A DNA stretch of 64,000 nucleotides from Vicugna vicugna (taxonomy: Eukaryota). Location: positions 948,584 to 1,012,583 of the forward strand of contig MU058451.1 in NCBI GenBank assembly GCA_013265495.1, in the 5' to 3' direction. The notes below the pieces were generated by a model, which saw nothing but the letters and a program-made list of their open reading frames with translations, had not been told where the DNA came from and did not search any database. This document shows positions 1 to 14,140 of the stretch, piece after piece. The number at the start of each line of letters is the position of its first letter. The stretch's first letter is position 1. The position numbers and the translations under genes were made by a program.

Positions 1-205
1 TTTAAAGAGACAGACAAAAAATATTTTAGACTTTGCAGGCCACATACAGTTTCTGAGACAAATTCTTTTTTTTTTTTTTTTGTCTGTGGCTGTTCATGCA
101 CTACCAGGGCAGAGCTGAGTAGTTATGATAGGCATATAGTCCACAGAATCTGACCTCTTTATTACCTGCCTCTTTACCAAAAAAGTTTGCCAACTCCTGG
201 TCTAG
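1..205. mobile_element. hAT-Charlie MITE, MER58-like (left end possibly cut by window edge)
   Basis: AATATTTTAGACTTTGCAGGCCA ... AAAAAGTTTGCCAACTCCTG followed by GTCTAGAG, resembling recalled MER58A. Confidence 0.7.
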
Positions 206-639
206 AGGTCCCAAAAGAGAGATCATTCTGCATAAGTAACCAGATCCTCTAGAGCCTGAGGAGGATGCTAGCTGTCCAGCCACTCCGGTGCCATGCTATG
301 AATTCACCATCTACATCAGCCACCATGGAAGATGGTTGCCCCTCAACAGATTTTGGAGTTTAGTGTTGCATCCTTAAATGGGGTGAGAACAGCAATCCGT
401 ACTGGCTAGCTGGGGTGTTCTGATGAAATGGGTTAGATAAACTACTGTTGAACTTTTCTTTCATCAGTGTGCTGAATGATGACAGTACTACACTCACGAG
501 GGAGGCTGAGTTCATCTAAACTCACTGTGACAAATGGGACCCTCCTAGAAGCCTGGTGTGTTAACAGGCAAATGCTTATTTAGACAGCAGATACAAGATT
601 AATCAGCGACATATACTGTTTTTATTATTGGATTATTGC

Positions 640-890
640 TATTAATAAGACACGGTGCTGAGCCCTTCAAACTCATGACCGCAACTTGAATCCTTTTTTT
701 CCCCTCCAGCTTTATTGAGATGTTGTTGACATAGCTTAATTCTTAAAGCAATTCTGCAAGTAGCCAGATTTATAGAAGAGGAAACTGAGGCTCAGCATGG
801 AGAAACAATTGGGCCAAGGTCAATGAACTGAAAATTAGAGCTTGGGTCTGAGTCTAGCTCTATGTGAATTCAAATCTGATGTCCTTCCTA
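640..890 (-). mobile_element. MIR, apparently interrupted by a very short minus-strand L1 3' tip (~693-735)
   Basis: MIR core TTTATAGAAGAGGAAACTGAGGCTCAG; inserted T-tract plus CAGCTTTATTGAGATGTTGTTGACATA. Confidence 0.65.
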
Positions 891-1094
891 TACACCAGAA
901 GGCATATGACAGACACATTGGTACTTCATAAATGTAAAGACACTACCACGTATTACTCACTGGCCACTATGCCAGGCTCAAGAGTTTTTGTTTGTTTGTT
1001 TTGTTTTTTCACAGTCAAGGTTCAGCTACACTAAAATTAGAACAATACGTATTCTCTGCCGGACTAGGTGCTAAGTGTTTCTCACATTTGGTCT

Positions 1095-1205
1095 CTAACC
1101 TCATCTAAGCCTCAGTTTCCTCATCTGTAAATGGGCTTGGCAATAGATTCAGAACACTGAAGCTGAGTTAAATGGGCCCTGGGCACATAGGAAATTCTTA
1201 ATAAG
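1095..1205 (+). mobile_element. MIR fragment
   Basis: CTAAGCCTCAGTTTCCTCATCTGTAAATGGG core. Confidence 0.7.
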
Positions 1206-2429
1206 CAGGACCTATAGTTAAAAATGCAAAGCTTTATGCTGTCTTAAGTGTTCACATTTAGGTTTTCTTGGAAAATGAGGGGCGAGCGCTCAATGCTTTT
1301 AAGGACCATTCTAGCCCAAATCCGTATGATTTGTTAAGCAACAATAGAAAGAAAGTCTTGAAACAATCATGATACTGGGTACCTTGTGAAGTCCTCCCCC
1401 AAGGAGCAAAGCATGCTTGGGGCATCAGCACAATACTCGTTGGAAATATAACTTTGGGGTCTGTGCTTTGACGTTAACAACTAGATTATGACATTGCCTA
1501 TTTCAAGGAGAAAATTCAATGGAAAAAAAAAAGTCAAGACTAGTTTTCTTCAGTAAAATTGGAGAATCTGGATTTAGTTGGAAAGCAACTTTACAAAATG
1601 TATGAAAAACAACCAGGACAGATATTATTAACAACAACCTAATATACAGTAACACCCAGGGGCTTCATTTTCCTGCTAATACGCTGTTTCTCTTTCCTAA
1701 AACTTGACCTGTACCCAGCATCCTTTTTTTTGTTCCTATCACCTTTGTTATAAAACAATACTTCCTTATAACACCCAGCATGCCTGCTTCCCACAGCTAG
1801 GGTTACATGGAAGGTGGGACATTCTCAAACGTTTTTTGGTACACATTGCTGTAACATGCTCTAATTTTGCGTTATATCAACCAGATCCCGTATCCCCTTA
1901 CTGAATGGCCTACTCATTGAGCAGCCTAAGCTACTGTGACTAAGCTACTTCTCAAGTATCTGGTTCCCATAGAGACAGAACAGCTATCACATTGTCAGGC
2001 ATTCATGTCTTTGTATGCCTGTAGAGTAAGACCCAGCCACATGATCCCCGACAATGGCCAGCAACATCCCTGAGTCTGTGCTCCAAGAAATGTGGCTTGC
2101 CCCTGAACTGCTTTCAGACTTCTCTCCTTGTGCCGAGTCAGCAAGAGGGATGCAAGTTCTGATCAGCTTGGTTCTTATTATTGTCTGGAAGTATCCTTGC
2201 TGAACTACACATTTTTACCAGACACAATGATCAGATTTAAGACTCTAAAGTTCTCTAATAAACAGAACACGAAGCAAACTTCCTTGCATGCTACAGGCTA
2301 CAGTTCAACATCCTCAGTGACGCATCTTCAAAAGTCAACCTGTCAGGATAGGGGGTGTCCCCGCAATGAGATGACAGCTGACCATGAGCCCCCAGCATGG
2401 TGAAGATGCTCACAAACGTTTAGGAAGAA

Positions 2430-3172
2430 ATCAAGCTAAGTGTCTGAGGAGCTTCTAACCCTGACATCTGCAGCTCTCACCATGCCCACGTGTCCTGGGT
2501 TCACCTTCCAAGGACCTCCTTGCCTGGCCCAAGGGTCCAAGTGGATGTCTAACAGGCACCTCAAACTTGTCCAACATTGAACTTTCCATTTCCCCTCCAA
2601 TTAATTCTTCCCCATCTCAACAAATAGATGACTACACTCCCAGTTGCTCAGGACAAAACCCAGGAATGATGTTTTCACTCCTATTGCTTATTGCTCAACA
2701 GCACAATCCAATTGAATCCTAATTCTCTATCTGCAGTAGAATCTGTAATCCATCAGTTTTCTCCATCTCTACAGCTAGTGCATCAGATCACCCCTAAGAC
2801 CTCCTCATCTCTGTTCCCCCACCCCTCTTTCCCTACCGTTAGTTCACACACAGCCAAATCAATCTAAAAATCTAAATCCGATCTTGTTATGTCCCCCCTT
2901 GAAGTCTTCCAATGACTTCCCATGGCACGTGCAATGAGATCAGCCCTGTTGAGCATGGCTGGGAGGCACTTTGCACCTGCCCTCATCCCAGCCCACATCT
3001 TTCTTGACTATGCATCTCCATCACTAAGTTCGACACCACCAGCCTCTTTATCCCTCAAACATCAAACCCTTTCCTGCCTCCACATTTGCTGTTTCCTCTG
3101 CTTAGAACATCCTTTCTCCTGATGGTCACATTATCAATTGGACTCTTCAGGTCATCCTGACCTCAGGCTCAA
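2430..3172 (+). mobile_element. L2 fragment (resumes briefly after the L1 insert, ~3546-3600)
   Basis: GGATGTCTAACAGGCACCTCAAACTT, CAGTTGCTCAGGACAAAACC, CTTCCAATGACTTCCCAT: typical L2 3' region. Confidence 0.7.
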
Positions 3173-3185
3173 AAAGTCATACACA

Positions 3186-3480
3186 CAGAACAGACATAAT
3201 AAACTAACTTATGGTTACCAGGCGAGAAAGAGGGTGGGAAGGGATAAATTGGGAGTTCGAGATCTGCAGATCCTAACTACTATATATAAAATAGATACAC
3301 AACAAGTTTCTACTGTATAGCACAGGGAACTATGTTCACTATCTTGTAGTAACCTACAATGAAAAAGAATATGAAAAGGAATGTATGTATATGTATGACT
3401 GAAACATTATGCTGTACACCAGAAACTGACACAACATTGCAAACAGACTATACTTCAATAATTAAAAAAAGAAAAAGAAT
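3186..3480 (+). mobile_element. 5'-truncated L1 3' end (cetartiodactyl/camelid type), followed by a candidate 3' transduction
   Basis: ATGGTTACC...TATAGCACAGGGAACTAT...GCTGTACACCAGAAACTGACACAACATTG...TATACTTCAATAA plus A-tail; degenerate TSD 3173-3185 / 3533-3545. Confidence 0.88.
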
Positions 3481-5569
3481 AAAATCACCCAAGCAATGAG
3501 TGCAGAAAACAGAATTTAAACTGGAGAAAAAGAAAGTCACGCACAGGAAGACCTTCTCTCAATCAGGTTTTCTGTGGCCACTCTCTCCCCAGACCCCATC
3601 AACTTATAAACAAATGGTAAGCTTACATTTAAACATCTCAAATCATCCATACTTAAAAAATATATATACATTTGGCTTGAGAAAATTACATAAAACTTTT
3701 TATCACATGCCCTAGGTGGAGAAAACTAAACAAACAAAATACTATTGGTTGAAGTCTCAAAATACTAATGGTTGACACTTGTAAAAATAAAATTTATGAT
3801 ATTTGTTTAGGTATTGTCAAGAATCCAAATGAAAACTCTAAGCTGCCAGTGGTTTCTAGGTTAGGTGCGAATCCCATGTGTAAACCAATCATTTACAGCT
3901 AGAGATTGATGTGAGGTCAGTGGGTCATGGGATGTTCACCACTTTGCTCTAAGCTGGCCCCTTTCAATGGCTAACAGTGCATGGATGGAGACAACTCTCT
4001 TTACGTCAATTTGGCCTCTAGCGACAAAGCTTTTAAAGACTTGAGACATTCTAAATGGTTTTCAAATGTTAGTTTCCTAAGTGTATGCTCCTTTCAACAC
4101 TTGTGTGCAAGTTCCAGGAGCCCGTTCTTGACCTCAGGAGTTAGGTGGAGAAATATTAAAATGGTTCAGCTAAGATGATCTTCAAGAGGCTTCCTACTAA
4201 CCACACTGACATTTCAGGCTTTTAAAGGAGCAGTTTTGAAATAAGGATATTCCTAGTATTGAGACAAGGAATGATAGAAGAAATAAAGCAGCTAATATTT
4301 ACTGACTCCTATGTGCTAGCTTCAAAGCAGAGACCTATTCTGAATGATTGAGTCTATGGCTTTATTTTTTTTTTATAATCTGCGTATTTTGTTAACTGTC
4401 TTCCTCTCATAGAAAATTTGTTTGACAATCAGATGGGGCGTGTTGAATTTTACAGATATCTTATTTCTCATCGAAATTCAAATGGTGGAATATTCTTGTT
4501 CTCACAAATGTGCATTTTTCCAGTTTTTTGGATTAGGTATTTCTTTACAGTTATGAGAAGGAAGGCAGTACTGTGAAGCTCAGCTTATAATTCCTCTACT
4601 CTCACTTCCAGATACCTACAAATCAGGTGCTCGATATGTAATATTGAAATAAATATTTGTTGAATGAATAAATACCTGGATAAAATCTGTAGTGAGAGCA
4701 TGCACATTTCATGAGTGTCAATTTTAACACATAATTGTGATAAACATCTGGAGTCACCAAAACACAAGAACTCAGTTTCTAAGGCTCAAAATCAATAACT
4801 TCAAGGATCTATGACTTGTAATATTATTTCTTTAAAGATAAAAAACTGAGAAATATCATATTCACAGGGTAATTTCAGAAATAATTAAAGGCACTTTAAA
4901 CAACATGATTTTTTTTTTGTGCGGAAAAGGTTTATGAGGCCAACAAACAATCAAAAAGAATTTTCAAAGTTTTGGGAAATCTAATACAGAAAGAACAGTG
5001 AAACTGAAGTGCTATTCATGGAAGATAATCTATAATATTATTCTTTATCTACACCATCAAGATAAGTATTGTCACAACTCAAAATTGGATGTATTGGTCC
5101 TTTGTCATTCAGAGGCCCAATTTTATTAAGCATCATGTAAATTTAGCTCCACAGCAAAGGGACTAATAAAGACATTTATAACAGGTGCTTTAAAAATAAA
5201 ATGGTAACACTGCCAATCACTGAAGACAGTATCAAGTGAAATATTTGCTTCATGGAATACCTCAAGAATAAAGAGAATAAAAGAATGTGGCAAATTAAAA
5301 AATATAACACAAAAGACCTTTCTATGTCATCTATATATTTTAATATTCCATCCTAGAATAGCATTCAATCACTTTTACTCATCGAGGTCTGAACATAATT
5401 ACATAAAGATTATCTCATTTTTAAGAACCTAAAAGAAAGAAACTTCTTCTGTTCATTTACATTTTTTTTGCCTCACATATATACTTGACTATCTCAACAA
5501 ATCAAGTCACATTCAAAGTTAAACCACATTTACATTTGGACAAAAAAAAATCAATTCTAGGCATATTTA

Positions 5570-5692
<123 letters not shown>

Positions 5693-6982
5693 CTACAAAG
5701 GAAGAACCAAATCAGTGTGTCTTTCCCTTGGCTGAAAAACCTGATAATCAGTTAACTTCAACATGAAAAGCTAGTCTTGAAACGGGAGGCAAATGAAAAA
5801 AAGCTGAATTTACTATTTTTTTTTTAAACACACCTGTTCTAAAGAGTATCTCCCAGCTTTTCTCAGATGGAATCTCAGATGAGGTACAAGAGGATACACA
5901 CATTGGCAACCCTGATATAAATACAGGAAAGAAATACATTCTTCCTACTTCCATATAGCTTCTCAGTCTAAGTTCTGAAGAAATGGAAAATGAGCTAAAA
6001 CGAGTCTGTTTATAACTTCTGAGACAGAGAGGGGCAATCCATTAAAAATCATTCAACTTATTGTGTCCTTGTCTCTGATCTCTGCTTATGAAGAAGTGTT
6101 AAAATAACTAATCTGATGTTTTATTCTTATCAAGCCAAGTATTTAAATAAATAAATAAATCACCCATAGAAACTAAAATCTTACATCATCTATTCACCTT
6201 AAGTTACCTACGGGGATGTTACCAAATGGATGGTATATTATTCCTGCCTGATTTTGTTCAGATTTCAGATAGTTAACAACTTAAGCAGACACATCCCACA
6301 GGCTCTTGACACACTCTTGGGGTATTTGAAATTGAAAAGGTCTCTGAGATACCACAAAAGGCTTCCCAAGCCTGCTTTTCTCCTTTTCAATCCCACTCAC
6401 ACCAGTACATATTCATATCCACAAGTTTTGCTGGACATTTTTCATCTTTTCAGCCAAAATAATCATGTTTTCCATCATCAGATTTCACTTTGGCAGTAAA
6501 AGGAAACTTAACTGCGGTGGATTCAAGGCTATGAAATCTACCATCCTTTAAAGTTTTACATAATCCCTCCTGCTTGTGGACTCCACCAAAACATAAGGTG
6601 ATAACCATTTCTGTTTAGAATATTCTAGATTTTTTCCTTTCTCTCTCTATATATGTGTGTGTGTGTCTTTAATTTCCAAGTGGATTTTATTAAGCGTTTT
6701 TCGTACAACCCTTAATTTTAAGTGGCAACGACACACAGCAGTACAAGAGAATTTGGTCAAAGCAGAACTACATGACTGATTATGTTTCATTAAAGAGAAA
6801 AAGAAAACAAATGCTTTACCACATAGTTACAGTGGAAGAGAAAACAGAAATGGATAACTGCTTTATCTTTAATATGGAAAAAAACCCAGTTTACTTATAG
6901 TTAATATGGGGGGGGGGAGCAGTAACAAAGGCATTTGGACACCCTGATCACAGCAGGTGTAGAACCACAAGACTCCTGGCTA

Positions 6983-7216
<234 letters not shown>

Positions 7217-9749
7217 TTAGTTCACAGGGAAGTCTGAAGAGTCAAGCACATTCCATTCTGCTCCAATTCTACTTTATTTTTTACTTGCATTGGTAAATAA
7301 TTCAAGAGATATATGACTTGAGACTTAGTGTGTGATTAGAAATAATTAAAATGTATTGTAAGGTGGGAGTCACCAGGTTGTACTAAGATGCATAGATTTT
7401 CTTGGTGGTTTTCTGCGATGAGACAAGGCTCCCCCATTCGCACGTCCACACTGCTTCTCTCTCATCCTACAGATAGTACCCGGCCATACCAAGAGGTTCA
7501 CACGATTGCCTTACCAGCTGCTCCCCCACCTACAAAAAGGCTTCTGGTTCATGGAAAGAAATAGAGAAAATCCTCTGAGCCAGGGAAAACTGAATCTGAC
7601 AGATTTCTTTTTTAATTTAAAATTCTCCATTTTCTCCCTTATTTTATGTGGGAATGAGGGAGCGACAAGATGAGGAGAGCTGATGTATGTATGAGCAACT
7701 CTGTACTCTGTACAGCGTTCATCACAGGCTCTTCCTGTGTCTCAGACTCTGAACCAAACATCCTAAACCAGGCAGCACCTTAAAATTACTCATCTGGGAA
7801 ACTCAGAGAAACCACAGAAATAATTGTATAGAAACCACAAAATAAAAAAACAACCCACAACCAGCTCAGAGGAAGAGCTGGGCAGTGGTTGTAGAGTTGG
7901 AGAAACTCTTATCCTGTTTCCAGAATAAACAAAAAATCATCTACTCTAACCCCTTAGGTATGTTTTTTTTTCCTTAGTTCATCCAGTTCACCATCAGACA
8001 ATCTCCACCTCCCCAACCTCCAGATGTGCTGCCTCTGCCCCCAGACCTCTTTGCTAGATCACTGAACGAGATGTGGGTTGGAATCTCTCAGTCTAACATC
8101 AAGAGTGATGATTCTCACGGGGACACTGATGTTACATAGCACCAAACAGAAAGCTATGGGCAACAGCTGAAGACCTGGCAGCCTTTATTAACACACTGTC
8201 AGCCTTGACGCTACCAACAAGGTCTTCCATGTGTCACACGATAGGTCATAGTTTTACCTCCAAGTTTAAGTGCTTCTCCAAAGCCTTGTGAGTCAGGGTA
8301 GATAAGAATGGAGTCTGACAGAGTAAAGTCCGTTTGGAAATCACATGAAGTCCTATACATCCTGTTTAACCTTGAAACCTAATGGATTCTACCATTTTCA
8401 GACAAGACTCCTGCATGCCCTCTGGCACAGCAAATAAGACAGCAAACTTCTTCAGAGAAGCTGGATATATGATCCTCATACCCAGAAACCACCACGATGA
8501 TTTACAAGCCTACTGGTTAATTACAGCCAGAAATTTCAAAACAACTCCACTCGACGGTCAGTTTATGTAGTTATTCAGGATTCACTGTTGTGCTAACTCA
8601 TCTCATAGAACCATTAGAATGCAGTGCTGGCTGGTCAAAGTTAAACGTTCTCTAAGCCTACATTAGATTCTTTTCCTGTAGAGGTAGATAATGGCATCTT
8701 CTCAAGATGTTCCAAACCAAGCCTCTCCCTTCTGTGTTCTATGAAGAACTCAGAGCTCCAAGTAAATATATTTTTTAAGGAGTTCGTTAGATTTCAAGTT
8801 GTGTTTTGAAGAAAAAGTCTCGGCCTCTTTTTTCTTTAAATATTCTGCAGTCTACATCTCCATGTGGAACCACCTGACCTAGAACACACACCAATCTTCT
8901 TAATCGTTTCAAAATGGAGCATATGCTTTGCAATTGGCACAGTTGGCATCTAATTTGACCTGTACTTCAGGTGCTTTTCTGAAAGGTCTGTCTTGAACTG
9001 TGAGCTCTTCAGCTTTTGAAAGTTCGTATTTGAGAAACAGCTAAAGACATCAAGCAATGTGTCTTATCACATTATGTTTTACACCTTGACTTTCATACAG
9101 TTTAGAGATAATTTTGTCCTCAAAGTAGTTTGTCTTACCTAGGTTTTCTTAGCCTAGATGTCCTCCTATTGATTGCTTATTCCCTTATTTCTTGGTGTTC
9201 ACTTCTTCTTCCCTTTTAAAAAAACTCAATTAAATCTCTAAAAATATATACCATCTCAATTTTGTTTGGAAATAGAAAAGCTGTAATTAAATCAATTACT
9301 CGCTTCTGCAAATCTCCCCCCAAAGAAAACAAATTCAATGATCAAAGTATATAAGGTTTTTATATCATGTTACCTAGTTTTCCAGGTGAAGAAAAAAGCC
9401 CTAAAAGATGGACAATCTGACACTTTTAAATATTAAAACACACACACACACATGCACACTTTACAGGCCTCAACTTATCAGAAGGAAGATGAAATTTAAA
9501 TAATGCAAGCTAGTTAAAAAAAAAAACAACTCTTTCTCTTTGTTCTATGGGGTGGAATTAAATGCTTCTTTTCTCCTAACCAGCTTTTCTGATTCCTACT
9601 TCTCCTTCCTCCTACTCGTGCAAAACAACCCAACAAATAATTTAATCTTCTAATCCACCAACATCTCAAGTTTCATTAAAATCCTCTCGAAATTGTTCAA
9701 CTTTACCCCCACTGAGATAATGGGTGTGAAAGTACTCAGAAGAACATTT

Positions 9750-10950
9750 GTTTCATTTAACAAACACTGACCAAATTGTTCACACTATTCTAGGCACTGT
9801 CCTAGGAGCTTGAAGTCTAATGATGTACCAAACCGATATGATCCCTGCCCTCTTGGGGCTTAAAATTCAGAGGAAGGCATTAATTCATGAACAGAAACGA
9901 GAAATTACAAAACAACATGGAAAGGGTTACAAAATGGGAAAGGTAGAACGCTAGGAGACCTCAGAGGAAGTCCATGTAACTCAGATTTGCAAGGTCATGG
10001 AGGCTTCCTCATGAGAGAAGCCAAACTCACCAATAAAAAGAGTATATAAACATACTCCAAGTAGTCACATGAGCATGTGTGAAGGTGCGGAAAAAGAGAG
10101 CATTTTGAAAAACTGAAAAATAATCCATCTGACCCGAATCTATAGAGGTAGAGTGCGGAGATGAAGCTGGAGTGTCAGGAAAGAATTCAACAAAGGAGTG
10201 ATATAACCACACTTACACTCTCGATAGATGACTTGGCTCCTGTGTGGTGAGGGTACTGGAGACAAGTGAAGGCTGAGAAAAGGAGACCAGTTGGGAGGAT
10301 AACTCAGTCATCCAGGTGAGGGATGTTGGTGGCCCGATGCAGGTAGCAGGGATAAGGGAGAGTTACAGAGTTGAAGAATCATTTGGAGGTGAAATCAATA
10401 CACTAATGGGATAAGGAAGAAGGATGATGCTCATGCTAGTGGCTGGGCAACTGGGCAGACTGTAGTACAAGTATGGGGCTTGGGAAGGAGGAGGGACTAC
10501 ATGTAGGGAGGGAAGAATGTAGGTGAGAATTTAGGTCCAGCTTTGGATATACTGAAATCGAAGAGTCTGTGGCATTCGAGTAATGATGTCCCCCTAGGCT
10601 GTTAGACTGCTCTAAAGCTCAGGAGACAAATGCGGACTGGGTTTAGATTTGGAAATTGACACCACGTATAATGTACTGAAAGAAATGGGTGCAATTAAAA
10701 ACATGCAGAGTAAAAGGGATGGGCAGAGAAGGACAGGTGGGGTATGAAGGAAGACCAAGGTCGGTGTGTTATAGAAGAAAGAATATGACAGGAAGGAGAG
10801 GGGGATCAGTAACTTCAGATCAGCCGAGAGATAAGGTAAAATAAAGACTGAATCCAAGAGTATTTTAGATTTACAGTCAAAGAGGTCTTTGGCACACATG
10901 GCGAAAGTATAGGTTTGAGAAGTATTTAGGTAGATTGGTGGGAAAATAAT
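9750..10950 (-). mobile_element. L2 fragment
   Basis: Reverse L2 3' end (CATTTAACAAACA...AGGCACTGTCCTAGG...CCCTGCCCTC), then purine-rich L2 body (GGAGACCAGTTGGGAGG, CCAGGTGAGGGATG). Confidence 0.7.
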
Positions 10951-10999
10951 GAGACAGCAGAAGGCAGAAGAGTAAGCAGGGGGTAAAACGCCTAAAATG

Positions 11000-12600
11000 T
11001 ACTGATGATCCTAAAATGGCCAAATCCAAATCATTATTTTTCAGTCTGCAATCTTACCTGACCTCTCTGTGACCATCCTGACACTCGCTCCTTCAAACCA
11101 CTTGTCCATGAGAATAACCCGACTTCCCTTCCTTCTGCCTCTCGCCCTACCACTCACCCTGTTCCTTCTCACTCTCTTTGGGTACTTTTCCCTCTGCCCA
11201 AAGCTTCCATGTTGGTGTCCTCTCTATTAGTGATACTAAAAGTGCTGATCTGGGACAAAATAAGGAGTTGGCATCAAGCTGTTAATCAATGCAATGTGAT
11301 GCTTCCTTCATCAAAAAGTCTTGCTAAGATTGGAAACAAACAAAAAAGCTCGAGCAAATGGTGTGCTTAGTGATAGTTACGTGAGGAAGCAATTCCTTCT
11401 GTTCTCATGGACTAGTAATAAACAACTGGTGGACAGGCAGCCCGTGGGTGGCCTCTATTTTGAGAAATACAGTGACCTAGGGTTCCCTCAATGGTCCTCT
11501 ATCTCACTATAGGCTCTAAGTGGTTGGTAGAGTCTGTAAGAAGATTTCAATAACTTCCAATTTGATGATTCTAAAGCTTTACCTTCTCATCTCTTGATCT
11601 GACTATCCCACTGTTTGCCAGACCTCCTGAATAATCCATGAACACCACAACTCATGTCGCCCAAACTGAATCCTCCTCCTCTGTAAGTCTGATTAATGGT
11701 ACTAACATCCACCCAATTTCCAAGCCAGAAATTCCTTATTGGCTCCATCAAATCAAAACCAAGTTCTGCAGCTTTTCCCTCCTAAATACTTTTGCTCCAA
11801 GTTTAGGTTTTCATCATCCTTTGTCTTGATTCTTGCCACAGGCTGCTTCCTAGCTTGCTACCTGTAGCCTTTCAGCTACTGTCTGCACCACCATGACAGT
11901 GAGCTTGAAAACCCATCAATGCTCCAAACTCCAGTGTGGAACAGGAAGGAGAGTCTAGATTTTAGGACTCTGAGCTGTGGACTCAGTGGCCACATTTCAC
12001 ATCATGACCCCACTACTTACTAGTTGTATGACTTTGTTCAAGTTATTTTCCTTTTCTATGACTCCGTGTCACTATCTGTAAAATGGGAATACATGAAATG
12101 AAATAACAGTACCTTGAAAAGTTACTTAGAACCAAGCATGGCACTGGTAGAAGAAAAGTCCCACTGAGTCCCTCTCTGACACCTGGTCTCTAACTGCTCT
12201 CCCCTCTTCAGTCTGCACTTCAGACACCCCTAATTATCTCAGCTCTCTGAAAGTGCCACGCTGTTCCCTGACTTTGCACATGCCCTTTGCTTAGAATGGC
12301 TTTTCTCCGTACTTACCTGTCTTCCCCTGAACTGTGAAATTCCTATTACTCCCTAAAATCAAGCTCTAGCATCTCCTCTGTGAATTCTCCATCTGAATCA
12401 TGGTTCCTATTTTGTATTTACACTTATCTCTCTGACAGGGTTATATAATTTTTGCAACTGTTTATGTTCACAGTGGATAACAAGTTGTTTGAATTATTTT
12501 AAGCAAATGTCCATCGCTCTTGTTCCCAGAGGACAGCCCTGGTTGTGTTCATTTTGCATTCTGAGAGCGCAGTAAGGGTCCAGAGAGCAACGTGGACATT
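11000..12600 (+). mobile_element. Fragmented L2 with nested hAT-like MITE (~11229-11480) and MIR (~11960-12140)
   Basis: GGCCAAATCCAAAT...CTTACCTGACCTCTCTG (L2); AGTGATACTAAAAGTG...TATTTTGAGAAATAC (MITE-like ends); ATCTGTAAAATGGGAAT (MIR). Confidence 0.55.
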
Positions 12601-14056
12601 AAAGAAAAATCAAAGATCAAAAGAATGAGTGTTTCTCAAGTTTAGCTTTTACTCTATTGAATCTATAAAGATTATCTGATTATTTCTATTAGCAAGTCAA
12701 AATATTTACAAATGGGAAATCACTGTAATTCTTTTTAAAGCTTATTTAAAAGTTAATGCCTACGTATCCAATCATAAAGTATTAAAATCTACATAAGATC
12801 ATTGAAATTCTGCATTTGTAAATACTGCTAAAAAGTTCCATAAATCCTTCAATATTAAAAAGGAAAACAGAGCTGTGGCTCAGAAGATTCTCTCTAGTTC
12901 CCCTGAGCTCATCACTCCTACTTGAGCCTTGGGGAAGTTACCTCCACAGTTTTTAGTCCTCAGTCTCCTGGTTTGTCAAATTGAGGACACGGCCTAGATG
13001 ACTTGGCTTTAAAGTTCTATTATCTATAGGTGGACAATATCTACCAAATCTCTCTAGCTGATACCTCCATCTCTCCCTCTTTATTATCTTCAAACTAAAA
13101 TGCCTTGGCCAACTCCAACCCTCAGACACCAGCGGGGTTTACTGCCCAGAGCATCTAGTCCAAATTCCTTATCTGGCTCTACTTCTCATGCCTCCCTCAA
13201 TGTGTTACCTGGTTTCTTAGATACATTACCAAATAGTATTCAAAAGGATTGTTATCAATTTCAACTGTATTTGTTTTGCCACAGCCTTACACGCACTGGT
13301 TGTCGCTGTTTTAAATAAGTCGTTACTACCTCATTAAGCATAGAACAGAAGTGCATGGTTTTAATTGGGAGATATTGGAGATGCTTGTATGCATGTGCCT
13401 GAAAATTGTATTTCCCTCTATGAAATGTCCAAACCCTTTGCCAAATTTTTATATTCCTTTACTGATATATATATATATATATATAAGTTTTAATGCTTCT
13501 TTCATATTTGCAGATACTTACCCAAGCCTGAGCTCCTCAGATTACGCTTATATTTCCTCCGATTGTGTCTTCCTTTACAGAAATCTTTGACTTTGATGTA
13601 ATCCTGCTGCACTGCCGGAGGGCCCCTTGCAGATTTAGGGGTCAGTGTTCACATTTATTCTAAGGTTGCAGGGAGTTTCTGATCTAACTTTACACTCCTT
13701 GGGACCACATATGCCAGGGGTACCTGGAAGGGAGGCAGAGCTCAGGGTTCCTGCAGGACCCCTTCTCTGTGCTTCGGGACGATGGAGACCCTCCTTACTC
13801 AGTTCTCAGTCTAATCGAGGTGAAAGATTACTGTCCTGAAACGGAATTAAGTAAGCCCACTCCCTGCAGAGAGGAGACTCTTGCTACATGTGTAACGACA
13901 TGGAGTCGAGGCCAGGGGAGCCCCTGTCTCTGGCTAGACTCTGAACCTATGCTAAAACAACACAGATTACAAAATGAAGTGCAGAGCTTTTGGGGAAAAT
14001 CTGTATAAAGATTATCTGAATTTAGTGAACATGAAACATGGTAATCAGCAATTACA

Positions 14057-14140
14057 CAGTTGACCCTTGAGCAACTTGGGTGTTAATCTGCTCATAATTT
14101 ACAGTCAGCCCTCTGTATCCACAGTTCCTCCACATCCACA
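14057..14140 (+). mobile_element. TcMar-Tigger fragment (Tigger2a-like, artiodactyl type)
   Basis: Begins with the Tigger2 TIR CAGTTGACCCTTGA, then CAGTCAGCCCTCTGTATCCACAGTTCC. Confidence 0.65.
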
